DNA of 64,000 nucleotides from Paragordius varius (lineage: Eukaryota > Animalia > Nematomorpha): positions 5,456,001 through 5,520,000 of the forward strand of contig OZ176050.1 in the NCBI GenBank assembly GCA_964247055.1, in the 5' to 3' direction. The position numbers and the translations under genes are program-made. Shown piece by piece: positions 1 to 11,573 of this stretch (position 1 is its first letter; each line of letters opens with the position of its first letter). The notes beneath the pieces were generated by a model. The model was not told where the DNA came from. It saw nothing but the letters and a program-made list of their open reading frames with translations, and ran no database searches.

Positions 1-43
1 TTGTCTTTGGAATATTCATAAATTATTATTTTTGTGTTTATAG

Positions 44-124
44 AATTAATCAATCTGTAACGACAAACCACTTTAACTATATCTCACGCACCCGTCACAA
101 TGGACATACACTGGGTTTGTTATC
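44..124 (+). CDS. Candidate upstream exon of the ABTB gene (gene probably 5'-truncated by the window)
   Basis: tttatag|44..124|gtttg is open in one frame (INQSVTTNHFNYISRTRHNGHTL). It ends in phase 1, which matches the phase-1 acceptor at 1370. No family motif. Confidence 0.3.
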
Positions 125-1369
125 TTACAATAATATATTATTTTTTTAACTTCAGCTATGATAATCGATTTTTAATTGGAATAAAATTATTGGCAATTCA
201 AGCTTTTTGCATTTTCTTATGGCCCATATATATTAAATTTAGAGTAGAATTAACACAATACTTTATGAAATCATGGTCATCATATTTATACAATCCTTCT
301 CTGAATATATAAAGCAACATTCCAAAAAATAAAAATTCCCTGTATATAAATATAATTTTCATCAGTTGATATATTTCGAGCCATAAATAACAAAAAATAA
401 AGTCAATGGTTGTAAGTTTATGAACAAAGCTCTTTTCATTAAATTAAACGTTAAATATGAAACAAAGGTTTTTATAAGGCGCCTCTCACTTTCTCAAATA
501 TATCACCCTTAATTTATAATTCTTTTATGGAACACTTTCAATGATTATTGTATTAAAATTTCACATTTTACATCTTTTGAATTGCCGCTTTTATTATAAT
601 ACTCTTATATGTTTAGGTAGTTGATAAAAATCATTATATATAAATTATATGTAACAGTTAAATCATTTAAAAAATTTTTGAACTAGTAAATTTTTATATA
701 GCCTTAAAAATTACAAAATTAATTTTTGTGTGTGTAAGTTTTAGCTTTTAAAATAAATTGCATACTATTACCCCTGATTTATAGTTTTATTCCTCTAAAA
801 TTATTGATTATATTACATACAGTACATTGTATCAAAGATTGTTTAAGTTACATTTAAATATATAACTTTTGTTTTATTTTTTTATAAAAAAATTAAAAGA
901 TACTCAAATAAAGTTTTTAGATTTAGTCCTCAGTGATATTAAAACATATTTTTTTATCCATTAATAAATTTAATTTAAATCCGTATAACCGACTGCATTT
1001 ATACCAAAATTGCAAAGTTGGATATATATACGAAATCGATATGTGAAAACCCCAAATCAAATAGTTGTGTCGTACTGATGAGTGCTAACAAGCTCGAAAT
1101 TAGTCTGCGATTACTGTTGACGAAAGGGTTCCACATATCTTTTATAATTTATGTTTATAATTATCTTTCAATTAATTTTCTATTTAATTTTCTGTTATAA
1201 TTATCCTACGGATTTTACAACTGTTATACTTTATTAGCGCTGATAAAAATGTATAAAAAAGTGTCATATCAACTTAATTATAATTAAATACATAAAGAAA
1301 ATTTTAATTTTCGCATAACTACTATCTATATATAATTTTTAATCATTTTGTGTTAATCATAATTTTTAG

Positions 1370-4300
1370 CCGGTAGACGTATCACCATATCAGATACCCT
1401 TCTATCCTCAAATATTCTTCAGAATAATAGTCTTGTACCTCATTCCCACAACATAAACACTAATTTAAATCTTACAAATTCAAGTTTTACAGCTTTGACC
1501 AATTTTTATCGCAATAGTTCCAGCAATGACACCACCACGGCAGCAAGTCAAAACTCATTACTTTTTAGATCAAACACATTGAATGAAAATATTTTGGCTC
1601 GAAATAATAATAATAATAATAATAGCTATTTAAACAATTACGAAAATTTTACAACATCTCAAAACAATACCACATCTGGTAATACCACCCATAATATTTT
1701 GACTACATTACAACTATCAAATTTCGTGCTTGATGCCATGAACAACATAAATTCTTCACAACATGGGGGAGGATGTTCAAATCCATTTACCTCACTCAAT
1801 CTTACTAACGATGTGTCTGGTAACATTTCTGAAAACAATACTAGTTTAGATAATACGAATAATACCACAATACTTTCCCATAATAATCATAACAATAATA
1901 ATCTACAACAGCAAAATATTCATATTCAAGCACCATCGACCTTGTTTTATGATGGACCTGGACGCTCGCATTATCAACATTTCAATCATACTCATAATCA
2001 TACCCATAATCAAAATAATGAATATCATCACCCTTTAAATTCTCATCATGGCATTAGGGCTGGGAGTCATGCTCCTTTTGTACTTGCCGCTTCCCATGGC
2101 CGTTTGGATATCGTTGAAGCTATGTTGGCCCAACCATTAGTGCCGAAACCAAGGGATATTCTTTCACTGGAGGAAATATTGGCTGAAGGATGTTCCCTTT
2201 ATCATAGTGCACACAATAATAACAACCATAATAGCAACAACACATTAAATGTTAGTAGAGATGGTTGTTCAAACAGTTTACTTAATGTACGAGGTAGCGC
2301 TACTACATCATGTTCACGTGGTGTATCACCTGCTAGGTAAGTTTAATTCGCTTTATGGCGTTCAAAATTGAAATGTAAAAAGTTTAGAATAAGGGATTAT
2401 CTAAGTTTATAAAACGTTCAAGATGCTTAAATTTTTTTTCACAACTGATTAGTTACTTCAATGTAAGAGGTTAAAATGTGTTGAGTATTTTGGAAAAGTT
2501 TTGAGGAATGAATTTCCTAATTTTTTTAAAATTTGAATCAAATGAATGTTAATACATAAGGTATAAATGGCGTATGACAAAATTATACTCTTCATATATT
2601 CAAATTATAAACTTTTTAATGTAAAATTCGTATATAATGAAAGTTAATTTACGAAATGTTTTTTTTATATATTTCTTCAATTTAAAAAGTCTATATTTTC
2701 AGTTTAGAATTAAGGTCATATCCCCAAACTAATAAATTATGATAAAATTGATTCATATTTAACGTTTTCATAGTGGTCACGAAGGGTCTCTCTCAAAGTG
2801 CCATTCACCAAATCCATCCATATTTTCGAATTCTTCTTTGGGCGTCATGGACTCTTATAATGGCGCAGGAGGTAACTTTTTAACAATTCCTTCTTCGTCT
2901 CATTCTCCCAACTTGCATGGATCTAATAGCAGTTTAACTAACAATCTGGTTATAAACAGTAATCGGAGCAGTACTAGCGTATCACCGAAAGAAAAAGGTT
3001 TTTTTTATCTCATATTTATATCAAAAAATTGTGGTGTACACTTACGTATTTGATAATATCGTAAAATATTTGTGTAGAAAAAACATCCACGATTTTTAAA
3101 TTTCCCTTGGTTACGACAAGCGCTCAAAGCCCTAGATCCATCGAAAATTTTGGTATTTTTTACTTATATTATCTCAATGTTTTTATGTATATATGTTCGG
3201 GTTACACTAATAATATAGTTTAATAAGGATAATTATTATTTCATTGCGGATATTAATATATTTAATTTTTATAATCATAAAGTTGTTGTATACTGTGTTA
3301 GAATCATTAACAAAATCAACTGCAGTTGAAACAAATGTTCAATATAATTATCAGGGGCAGCAACCTACATCGTCGAAACTTATTACACCAATGATTGTAA
3401 CAGAGTTTAAGAAAGAACACATTTTTTCATCACAATTACCCCTTTCCATTCAAGCAAATAATAATCCTAACAATGCCCCGATTTCATTCATAAAGGGCAA
3501 GGAAAAGGATAGCAAAGACAAAGTCACAAGGAAAAATTCTCAAAATATATTTGGCGTTAGTTTTTTCATTGACAGATTGATTTTAATTATGCATTTTTAA
3601 TGTAGATTCTTTTTTATAAATTTAATGAAAAAAATTAGTTTATGCAATCATGTATCCAAACTATAATTGATCAAAACTATTTCTTAAAGACAACCTTATG
3701 TTTTAGTGGAGAATAGGGTGACGTTAAGGCATGTTAAATTGTAAATACTTTTTACCAGTCTAATAGCATTACACATGTATATTAAACATTAGTAATTGAT
3801 TTATTTGATTCTAGAAAAAAGTACCCGGTTTTACCTTTATGCCAAATGTGTCTACCAATAATGGGACAAGTAATGATCCTTCATCAATTTCTTCTAACAA
3901 CTCGGAAGAATCCACATCATCCAACAATTTTTTCACTCAAAATTATATATTTCCTAATGCTCTGCAAAGTAAATATAATAAAAATATATCCTCTAAAAAT
4001 GGAACAAACCAAAACGCCTTAAATGATCTATCTAATATGGGTGGTGATTTTTTAACATTGGCAGAAATTTTGGCCGAAGGATATATACCTCCAATCATGT
4101 TATCCAATACCAATGATCAAAAGGGCAGCAAAAATATTGTTGAGAATCCTGAAGGGAATTTGGGTATTTATAATTTAGCGAAATTTAATTTTTTTATATA
4201 AGATTGGAATGACGATATAAAATCAGAGAATAAAAATTAAGCAAATATTAATTTAATTATTGGATATTAAACGCTGAAATATGATTGTATTAGCACCGAA

Positions 4301-7300
4301 TTCGCCTATTTCCAATCAACCAAATTTAATATTTTCTAACCAAAAAATATCGTTTTTAATAAAATGATATACCATTTGCACTTCAAGAGTGTCCTTGAAC
4401 ACTTCAAGTTGGTCCTTGAACAGTTCAAGTTGGTCCTTGAACATTTTAAGTTGGTCCTTGAACAAGTTGGTCCTTAAAATTTATAAATTTTGTTTTAACC
4501 ATAATTTTTGCATTTATTTTTTTATTCTATTATTTATTAACCTAATTTTCTTTATTTATTTAAAAATAAATTTTTTTATCTATAAACCACTTTTTTGTTT
4601 CAAACTATTTTTTTTCAATCGAACAAAATTATTGGCTTTTATTTAATAAAAAATTTTAATTAATAACCCCGAAAACTTATATATTTTTTCATTTCGTGTT
4701 AAAATCTTATAAATCTCTAAAATTATTTTAAGAAATTAATAAACATATACGGTTTATCAAAGATTAACAGTTGATATTGATTTAAAATTTATGTTAAATA
4801 ATATAAAATAGGTTAAAAACAATAAAATAGATGAATTATTTACGATTTGATTGATAAAAGTTAAAAACAAAACAAAAAATCAAAGGACCAACTTGAAGTG
4901 TTCAAGGACCAACTTGAAATGTTCAAGGACCAACTTGAATTGTTCAAGGACCAACTTGTGATCAAGGACCAACTTTAAGTGTTCAAGGACCAACTTGAAT
5001 TGTTCAAGGATCAACTTGAATTGTTCAAGGATCAACTTGAATTGTTCAAGAACCAACTTGAATTGTTCCAGGACCAATTTGAATTGTTCAAGGACACTTG
5101 AAATGTTCAAGGACACTCTTGAAGTGCAAATGGTATATATATACTTAAATTTAAATTGGAACGATTTATAAATTATATATGACAAATAGGTTTAAAGGAA
5201 CATCCACGTTGTAATCGTACCACAAGTCTGCAACAGCAGCACCAACAATCACATTCATCTACTGTTGGAAACAATATTGGCTGCCTTCACACCCATAGTT
5301 ATCATGGAAAAACGGCAATTCATGGCAAAAATAATGGGACCATAACGCTAGTCCGAACGGATAATAATAAAAGGCGTTTAAAATGTACGGCCTACAATAA
5401 ACAACAAAATCATCAACAATTCCAAAATAAATATTATTACGCTAATTATCCCATGTGTACTTTGACTAAAGCACAGGCGAGAGTTTTGTTTGAAGCCATG
5501 TACCATGCTTCTGAAAGCGGACACGTAGATATTTGCATGGCCCTTAGAAAACAGGGTATGTACATTATTATAAATATTGTTTTCATGTTTACAACACATA
5601 TTATAAGGTTTATATTTAAGTTTTTCTAAAAAATATATTTTATTTTTAGGTATAATATGGAATTTACATATTTGGATCACATGTCTAGTCAATCTATTTG
5701 AAAAACATATGCCTCAAGATCCATATCCCTGTACAAATATTATAGATAATAAAAATAGTCAAAATATATTTGATAATGTAAATCAGGCACATAAAATCAA
5801 TGAAAAACTAGTGTATTCTTTATTGAAAGATATCAATTTGTGTGCTTTACTTCAAGACTTTCCAAATGTAAAATTTGATGAAGTTAACATACAAGAATTT
5901 GTTAACCTTGCCGTCCCAATACTTTTTGATCTGTTTCGGCAAAGTGTAAATGCCTACCTTGACGAAAGCATGAATAAAATATCTATGAATATAAAATCAT
6001 CATCTCTTGATTCGAATGAAACATTGTGCAATAGTTTGAATGGTAAAATGCCTAAGTTTTTTTTATTACATATTGTGTCTAACATTCTATCTTTACGGTA
6101 TAATTTTGATTGTTTTTATATTAAATATTCTCCCTTTTCTATATCTATTAGGTTACATAACATATAATGTTGAAGAATTTTCACATAGCCCTAAAAAACA
6201 ACAACTTGATAGCAAATCACACATTAATTTTTCGGACACCCATATGACCCATTTTAAAGCTCTGCTTTTGGCGCTTACCAATATTCTTAGTTCCATTTAC
6301 TCGGGAACATCATTTCGTAGTCCAGCAACTAATATTGCACCATCATCAATTATTTCTACAAATAATCACGAAAACCTTAACAATTGTAAGAATAAATTTT
6401 ATATGATACATTTGATATTTGCATTATTTCTAAAATCAGTGTTATTTGAACTATGATGTTTTATAAGCACGGTACAATGCCGTTATGATTCGTATCCAGC
6501 GATCACCAAATTATATTACATTAGAAAAATATATATTTCAAAATTATTTAATAAGAAAGAAAGGTAGTTTGTTAATTATTTCATAATATATTGTAATAGG
6601 TCCTAATAACGTTATGTCACCCATATTACCCACACCTATACCTCAACCAATTACCGGCAAACGTTCAACTTTAATAGGTTATATTATATTTTGTATATGC
6701 TTTAAATTTTCTGGCAATCACGTATCAGTCTTATTAATTAATTTCTTATTATTGCCTATATATAATTTTTATTGAAATTTGAACCATTACTTGACCACAA
6801 TTCCGGCAAATCTATTTTAATTTTCCATTGGATATCTTCCAAGTTTAGCAAAACTCCATATAAAGTAAATATAACGATAAGTATTGAACAAAGGATGTGT
6901 TCATGATTTAAAAATATTATTTTATAAATTTTATATTTAGAGTCGTAGAGGAGAATATTTTCTTATATTTAATAAAAGGGAAATTTTTTTAAACTACATT
7001 GAAACTTATAATTTAGATCCATGTTATGTGAATAGTCCGGAACTTTCGGATATTTCATTTTTGGTGGAAGGAGCAACATTTTACGCTCACAAAATTATTT
7101 TGGTTAATTCCTCACCTCGATTCAAAGCTATGTTGTGCGACAAATTTGCAGAATCTAATCAACAAATAATACCTATAAAGGAAATTCGTTATGAGATATT
7201 TAAGGTTATTACATATATTATTCGTTTTATTTTAATAAGGTTGTACTCTTCGGGCTATTCGGGTCAACATATACTTTAAAATTTTACAGTGACTTACGAG

Positions 7301-8587
7301 GAAATAGGAATTTAACTAATATCATTATTTTTTCCAAAATTGATCCGATAAAAAATATTTATATAATATATTTTAATTAATTTTACTTTATATTTATTAG
7401 GTGATTATGGAATTTTTATACAGTGGAAAAATTGATAATATAAACAACCAAGATGCCGATTTTGTTATGGAACTTATGGCCGCCTCCAATTATTTTCTAC
7501 TCGATAATTTGCAAAGAGAATGTGAAATATTTGCCTCTAAAATTCTAAATCTTCAGAATTGCGTCACTATATATAAAACAGCGAAGGTTATATATTAATC
7601 ATAGAATTTAGATTTTTATATATAAAATTAATATTTCTGTCATAAAATTTATTGTGTCATTTGTGTATGACAATTTAATATGGAAGTCACGGTTGTAAGG
7701 CTAAATTTAATTTGTTTAACCAATCCTTAATCCTTGGATTTTACGATAAATCTATCATCATAAATTAACAGAAATCTGAAACCATAAATTAATTTAATAA
7801 GCGTTTATTAAATTAGTAAAACTAAATGAACTAAAAAATCAACATTTTTTTATCAATCCAAAATATCATATTATCACTTTTTTTATCTTTTAATAAAACT
7901 TGGGTATTGCGCATTAAATAAAATAATTTTATAGGTTGATATTTCGGTACTTAAATAATAGCTCAAAAATTAAATCAAACTAAAAATTGGTATTAGATTA
8001 GATAAAGTTCTTCTTATTCTTTAACCGTAGTAGCAAGTTTTTGAACTTGAATGACCATAAAGTATATGCATAAGGATTCAAATTTAAACATTATATAGCA
8101 TATCCTCATTATTTAGCTTTATGCCTGTGAAGAATTAGCCAAATATTGTTGTGGATATTTTTTACTCAATTTGTCTTACATGTGTTTCCATTACACATCT
8201 CCCACCTCATCTTTAACATCATTGACGAAACAACTTTCTTCAACGGAACCATCCACTTCCAATTATGTAATAGGGAATGATGATTTGACGAAACCTGAAA
8301 CCGCTAAGATAAATCACAAAAATTCTTTACCGATTGAAATTTGCAATGTTGATGATATTAGCAATCTCAGTAGTCACCCTAAGCTAGAAAATACTACATC
8401 AAATATGACATTTCAATCTGTAGATGACAAGAGTATACAAAACTTAAACCAAAATTTAGGCAATGGTGGTAATAGAGGCACAAATTCTTTTTTGAACATA
8501 TTTCAACAAGCTGACCTCGCGACAGAAACGTACGAAAGAATGAATCAACTTATCATTGAACGATTGTTAGCAAGATTAAATAGATAA
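1370..8587 (+). CDS. ABTB2/3: Ankyrin repeat and BTB/POZ domain protein (ABTB2/ABTB3-BTBD11-like), multi-exon, with long Asn/Ser/His-rich insertions
   Basis: Motifs: FVLAASHGRLDIVEAML..DILSLEEILAEG (~2080-2190); LFEAMYHASESGHVDICMALRKQG|IIWNLHIW (5485-5680); BTB DPCYVNSPELSDISFLVEGATFYAHKIILVNSSPRFKAML..MEFLYSG..ELMAASNYFLLDNLQRECE (7017-7587); BACK LYACEELAKYCCGYFL (8117-). Stop at 8587. GT-AG boundaries checked for several exons. Confidence 0.88.
4370..5135. mobile_element. Foldback-type non-autonomous element with inverted arms built of 21-bp tandem repeats, TA-flanked
   Basis: Left end TA|TACCATTTGCACTTCAAGAGTGTCCTTGAAC is the exact reverse complement of right end GTTCAAGGACACTCTTGAAGTGCAAATGGTA|TA. 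The 21-mer TTGAACAGTTCAAGTTGGTCC occurs ~4 times on the left and ~11 times inverted on the right, around an AT-rich spacer. Lies in an ABTB intron. Confidence 0.88.
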
Positions 8588-8952
8588 CCTTTGTTTTGTA
8601 ATCGAAAGTTGTCCTTTATATTAAATAGCTATTTATAGGGAAATATGAATGACCAAATATATTGCGCGAGCATTTTTCTCCGTATTGATATTATCCAAAA
8701 ATCTTTATTTGGTGCAATTTATTAATCACGTATATTATTATAGTTAAAGCACTGTTTAAACTATTGCTTATTGTATAAGTATAGATATAGACATATATAA
8801 ATCTTTGTAAATCTGTGCAATATGTGTAAAATTTATATCAAATAAATATTTAACGTTTACGTAATTTTTGTCAGACCATCGCATAAAAATTTTGGGTATT
8901 TTTAATATATTATCTATTAATTAAAATTAAAAATTTAAAGAAAAAATAAATT

Positions 8953-11570
8953 TCAACAAAGTAATTTGAGATACGAAGAAGCGTCACGGGGCCATACATG
9001 CACAATCGTATTGGAAAATAAATTAGGTATTTGGATATTTTTGATTTTTAAATTACTATTTTTGATAGACTTGTTATCAGTTATCGCTTTATTAGGGTTA
9101 ATATTTTCAACATTTTGGTTTGACTTGGTGTATGCTAAAATAACCGGGCGAAAACGATAATTTTTGAATTGTTGGGAAATCAACTCTCTTTGCATCAAAC
9201 CAAAAATATATCTATATATAAAAAATGTTATATAAAAGGGTTTACTTAACACTTTGAATCAAATTGGGGTATCTAAACACACAATATTTAAGTTGATATT
9301 TAAAAAACATCTGAAAGAAACGGTTCCAATTAAATTTATGCTTCCATCCTAAGAAAAATTATATAATGAGCCAATATATATAAATTAAATTTAGTTTTGG
9401 AAAAAAATTCCTTATAAAACTAGTTTGGACGCCATTTTTATTTTGCAATATTTTTGCAAAATATAGTGTTTATGTTATCCTAGGCCTAATATTTAGTTTA
9501 CTTTTATATTTAATATTTAACAATGATATCAAAGTGGTATATTTGGCATTATTTTAACATTTAGCTTATGCACATATGTGATGTTGGCTAAATTTTTTAC
9601 CTTTGGGTTTACCTCTGAATAAGTAATATCAAGTATTTTTGAATGAAATTTTTTATATTTCGGTTCATTAATGTTATATAAGTGCAAATTTTTGCCATAG
9701 TTTCTATTTATTCCATGGTTTCTTAATATTATGTAATTGCCGACTCCATTTATGATTGCGAGTTCTTAACGACCCCAATAAATATAAATGAAAAAAAATT
9801 ATTATTTTTTGATGATGTGTTTATTAGGCAATATAGATTTGCATATGAAAATATATAAATTTAGAATTCGTTTTGAAACATATAAAAATTTAAAATTGAA
9901 ATTTGCACAAAATTTTATAGTTTTATTATAGTTTCAAAAACGAGAGTGGATTCAACCGTTTTAATTCGAATATATCCAAGTATTTGCGTGGTAAATATTA
10001 AATTAAAGTTTACGTAAATTTAATGAATGTGCCTGTTTTTTTATTGCATAACAAATCAAATCTTGGTGTATTGTTTGAAACTGCTGGACGTAAGACCTCT
10101 TCAAATTTATCGAACGATATTGGAATTCAATGTGTGTTAAAGCAGAGAAAATAACTTCACATAAATATGTGGTGTTGAATGGCAGAAATCAATTTAAAGT
10201 CATATCGTAGATTGTAATTCAGTTCTAGTTCCGATCCGGAATTCAGTCAAGGGTATTTAAAATTGTAGATTTAAATTTGAACGAAAGCTCAGCAAATTCC
10301 TCTTAAGCTTAACACTTCGATTCAAATTGGGGTATCTAAATACCCCAGACTAAATTTAATTTAATATTTTTAAACAACTATAGAAGGTTACGGTCCCAAT
10401 TTAATTCTATCCCAATAAAAAATATATAAATAAGCAAAAAATCCAAATAAAACTTCGTTTTTTAAAAAAATTCGATGTCAAACTACTTCGACGCCATTTT
10501 TATGCAAAATATCTTGTTCATTTATTTTTTTAAGGTATAATTAAAGCTAATTATTTATTTTAATCACATATAGCATTGATAATAGAAAAGGTGGCTTATT
10601 TTATACTATAAGGGCCGCAAAATATATTTATCTTGTTACGAGGGCCGTGAGCCATAAACCGATAAATTTTAATGGCTATTGGGTACATTTGCAGATATTT
10701 ATACTCATAAATACATCAAAAAATTGAATAAAGAACCCAGGGCCATAAAAAGTAAACTTGGGCCGCACGCGTGGGCATCAGTTTCCAAAGAATCGTCATT
10801 TTAATAATTAGTACCATTTCATAAAAGTTTGACATAAATAACTTATAAGGAATTAAAAGGCAACTAATTGTTGACCAATTACTATTTAGTTGCACCAGTT
10901 TTTTATGATCATATTACATAAAAATTTTTATGCAGAATTATCTTTTTCTTAAAATTTTTAAAAAAATTAAGCGCTCTTTAAAATGTTGTTTAATTATATT
11001 GTCGGGAATAAAACATATATAAAAAATTTACTTGGTTTGTTTATCATGAGAATTAATTAAGGCATCATACTTTTCAACAACGTTCATGTACGAATTTGAT
11101 ATAATAGGTATAATGTAATTTGACTGAATTACAAAAAAACAAAACTTCCGTAAAACATTTATTTATCCACCCATAAGTGTCTTCACTTAATTGTTTTTGT
11201 TCAAAAGCGTCCAAATGAACTTTATAATTATACTTCTCCAATTGTTTTTTAAAATATATTACCAACCTAAAATAAAAACTGCGAAAAACTTATAGTGGTA
11301 TTCTGAATCTAAAGAATACGATATAAAAAGAGTAATGGGTAATTTAGTTCGATCTGTGATTCGGGTTAATACAATATTTGGTGTTCTTTGGTTTAATTGC
11401 GCAACTGGATGATCTAAAGAATCGAGTGAAAAATTCGAGGAATCAAAATTAACATTTGGTGGGGATGGTGGGGTATCAAAAGAATAGGGCGCTTCAAAAT
11501 TTTCGGCAATTTTATCTATAGAAAAATTTGATTCATTCATGTTCTCATACATTTTTTTCTTATTTGACAT
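8953..11570 (-). CDS. TRAF3IP2-like: SEFIR-domain adaptor, Act1/CIKS (TRAF3IP2)-like
   Basis: Exons 11570-11290, 11266-11146, 11123-11032, 9211-8953 join in phase. Protein: ..TLFISYSLDSEYHYK|LVIYFKKQLEKYNYKVHLDAFE..YGWINKCFTE|SNYIIPIISNSY..QTK|YIFGLMQRELISQQFKNYRFRPVIL..IPNLFSNTIVHVWPRD..LKLL*. This follows the Act1 SEFIR boxes (VFITYS, IDIFE, YIHRMMQIEF..NFRFIPV..VPTWLQNTHVYSWP). Confidence 0.85.
9247..9470 (+). repeat. Dispersed ~220-bp repeat, copy 1
   Basis: taacactttgaatcaaattggggtatctaaa...gacgccattttt aligns with 10310-10520. Confidence 0.65.
9714..9800 (+). mobile_element. Degenerate 5' end of the hAT MITE family seen at 18007
   Basis: ccatggtttcttaatatt..ccatttatgattgcgagt..ttaacgacccc resembles 18006-18090. 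Confidence 0.55.
10310..10520 (+). repeat. Dispersed ~220-bp repeat, copy 2
   Basis: taacacttcgattcaaattggggtatctaaa...gacgccattttt; same orientation and same SEFIR-gene intron as copy 1. Confidence 0.65.
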
Positions 11571-11573
11571 ATT

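Noticed and set aside
100-312. 70-aa hydrophobic ORF as a separate gene
   Set aside because: It spans an apparent intron, has no consistent splice phase and no recognisable family.
1659-1868. Minus-strand 69-aa ORF
   Set aside because: Antisense shadow of the ABTB exon.
4389-5185. ORFs 4389-4646 and 4880-5185 (LVLEQFK heptads, leucine-zipper-like)
   Set aside because: They are translations of the 21-bp foldback repeats.
5378-5692. Minus-strand 104-aa ORF
   Set aside because: Antisense to the conserved ABTB ankyrin exons.
8966-9160. Plus-strand 64-aa hydrophobic ORF
   Set aside because: Antisense shadow of the last SEFIR exon.
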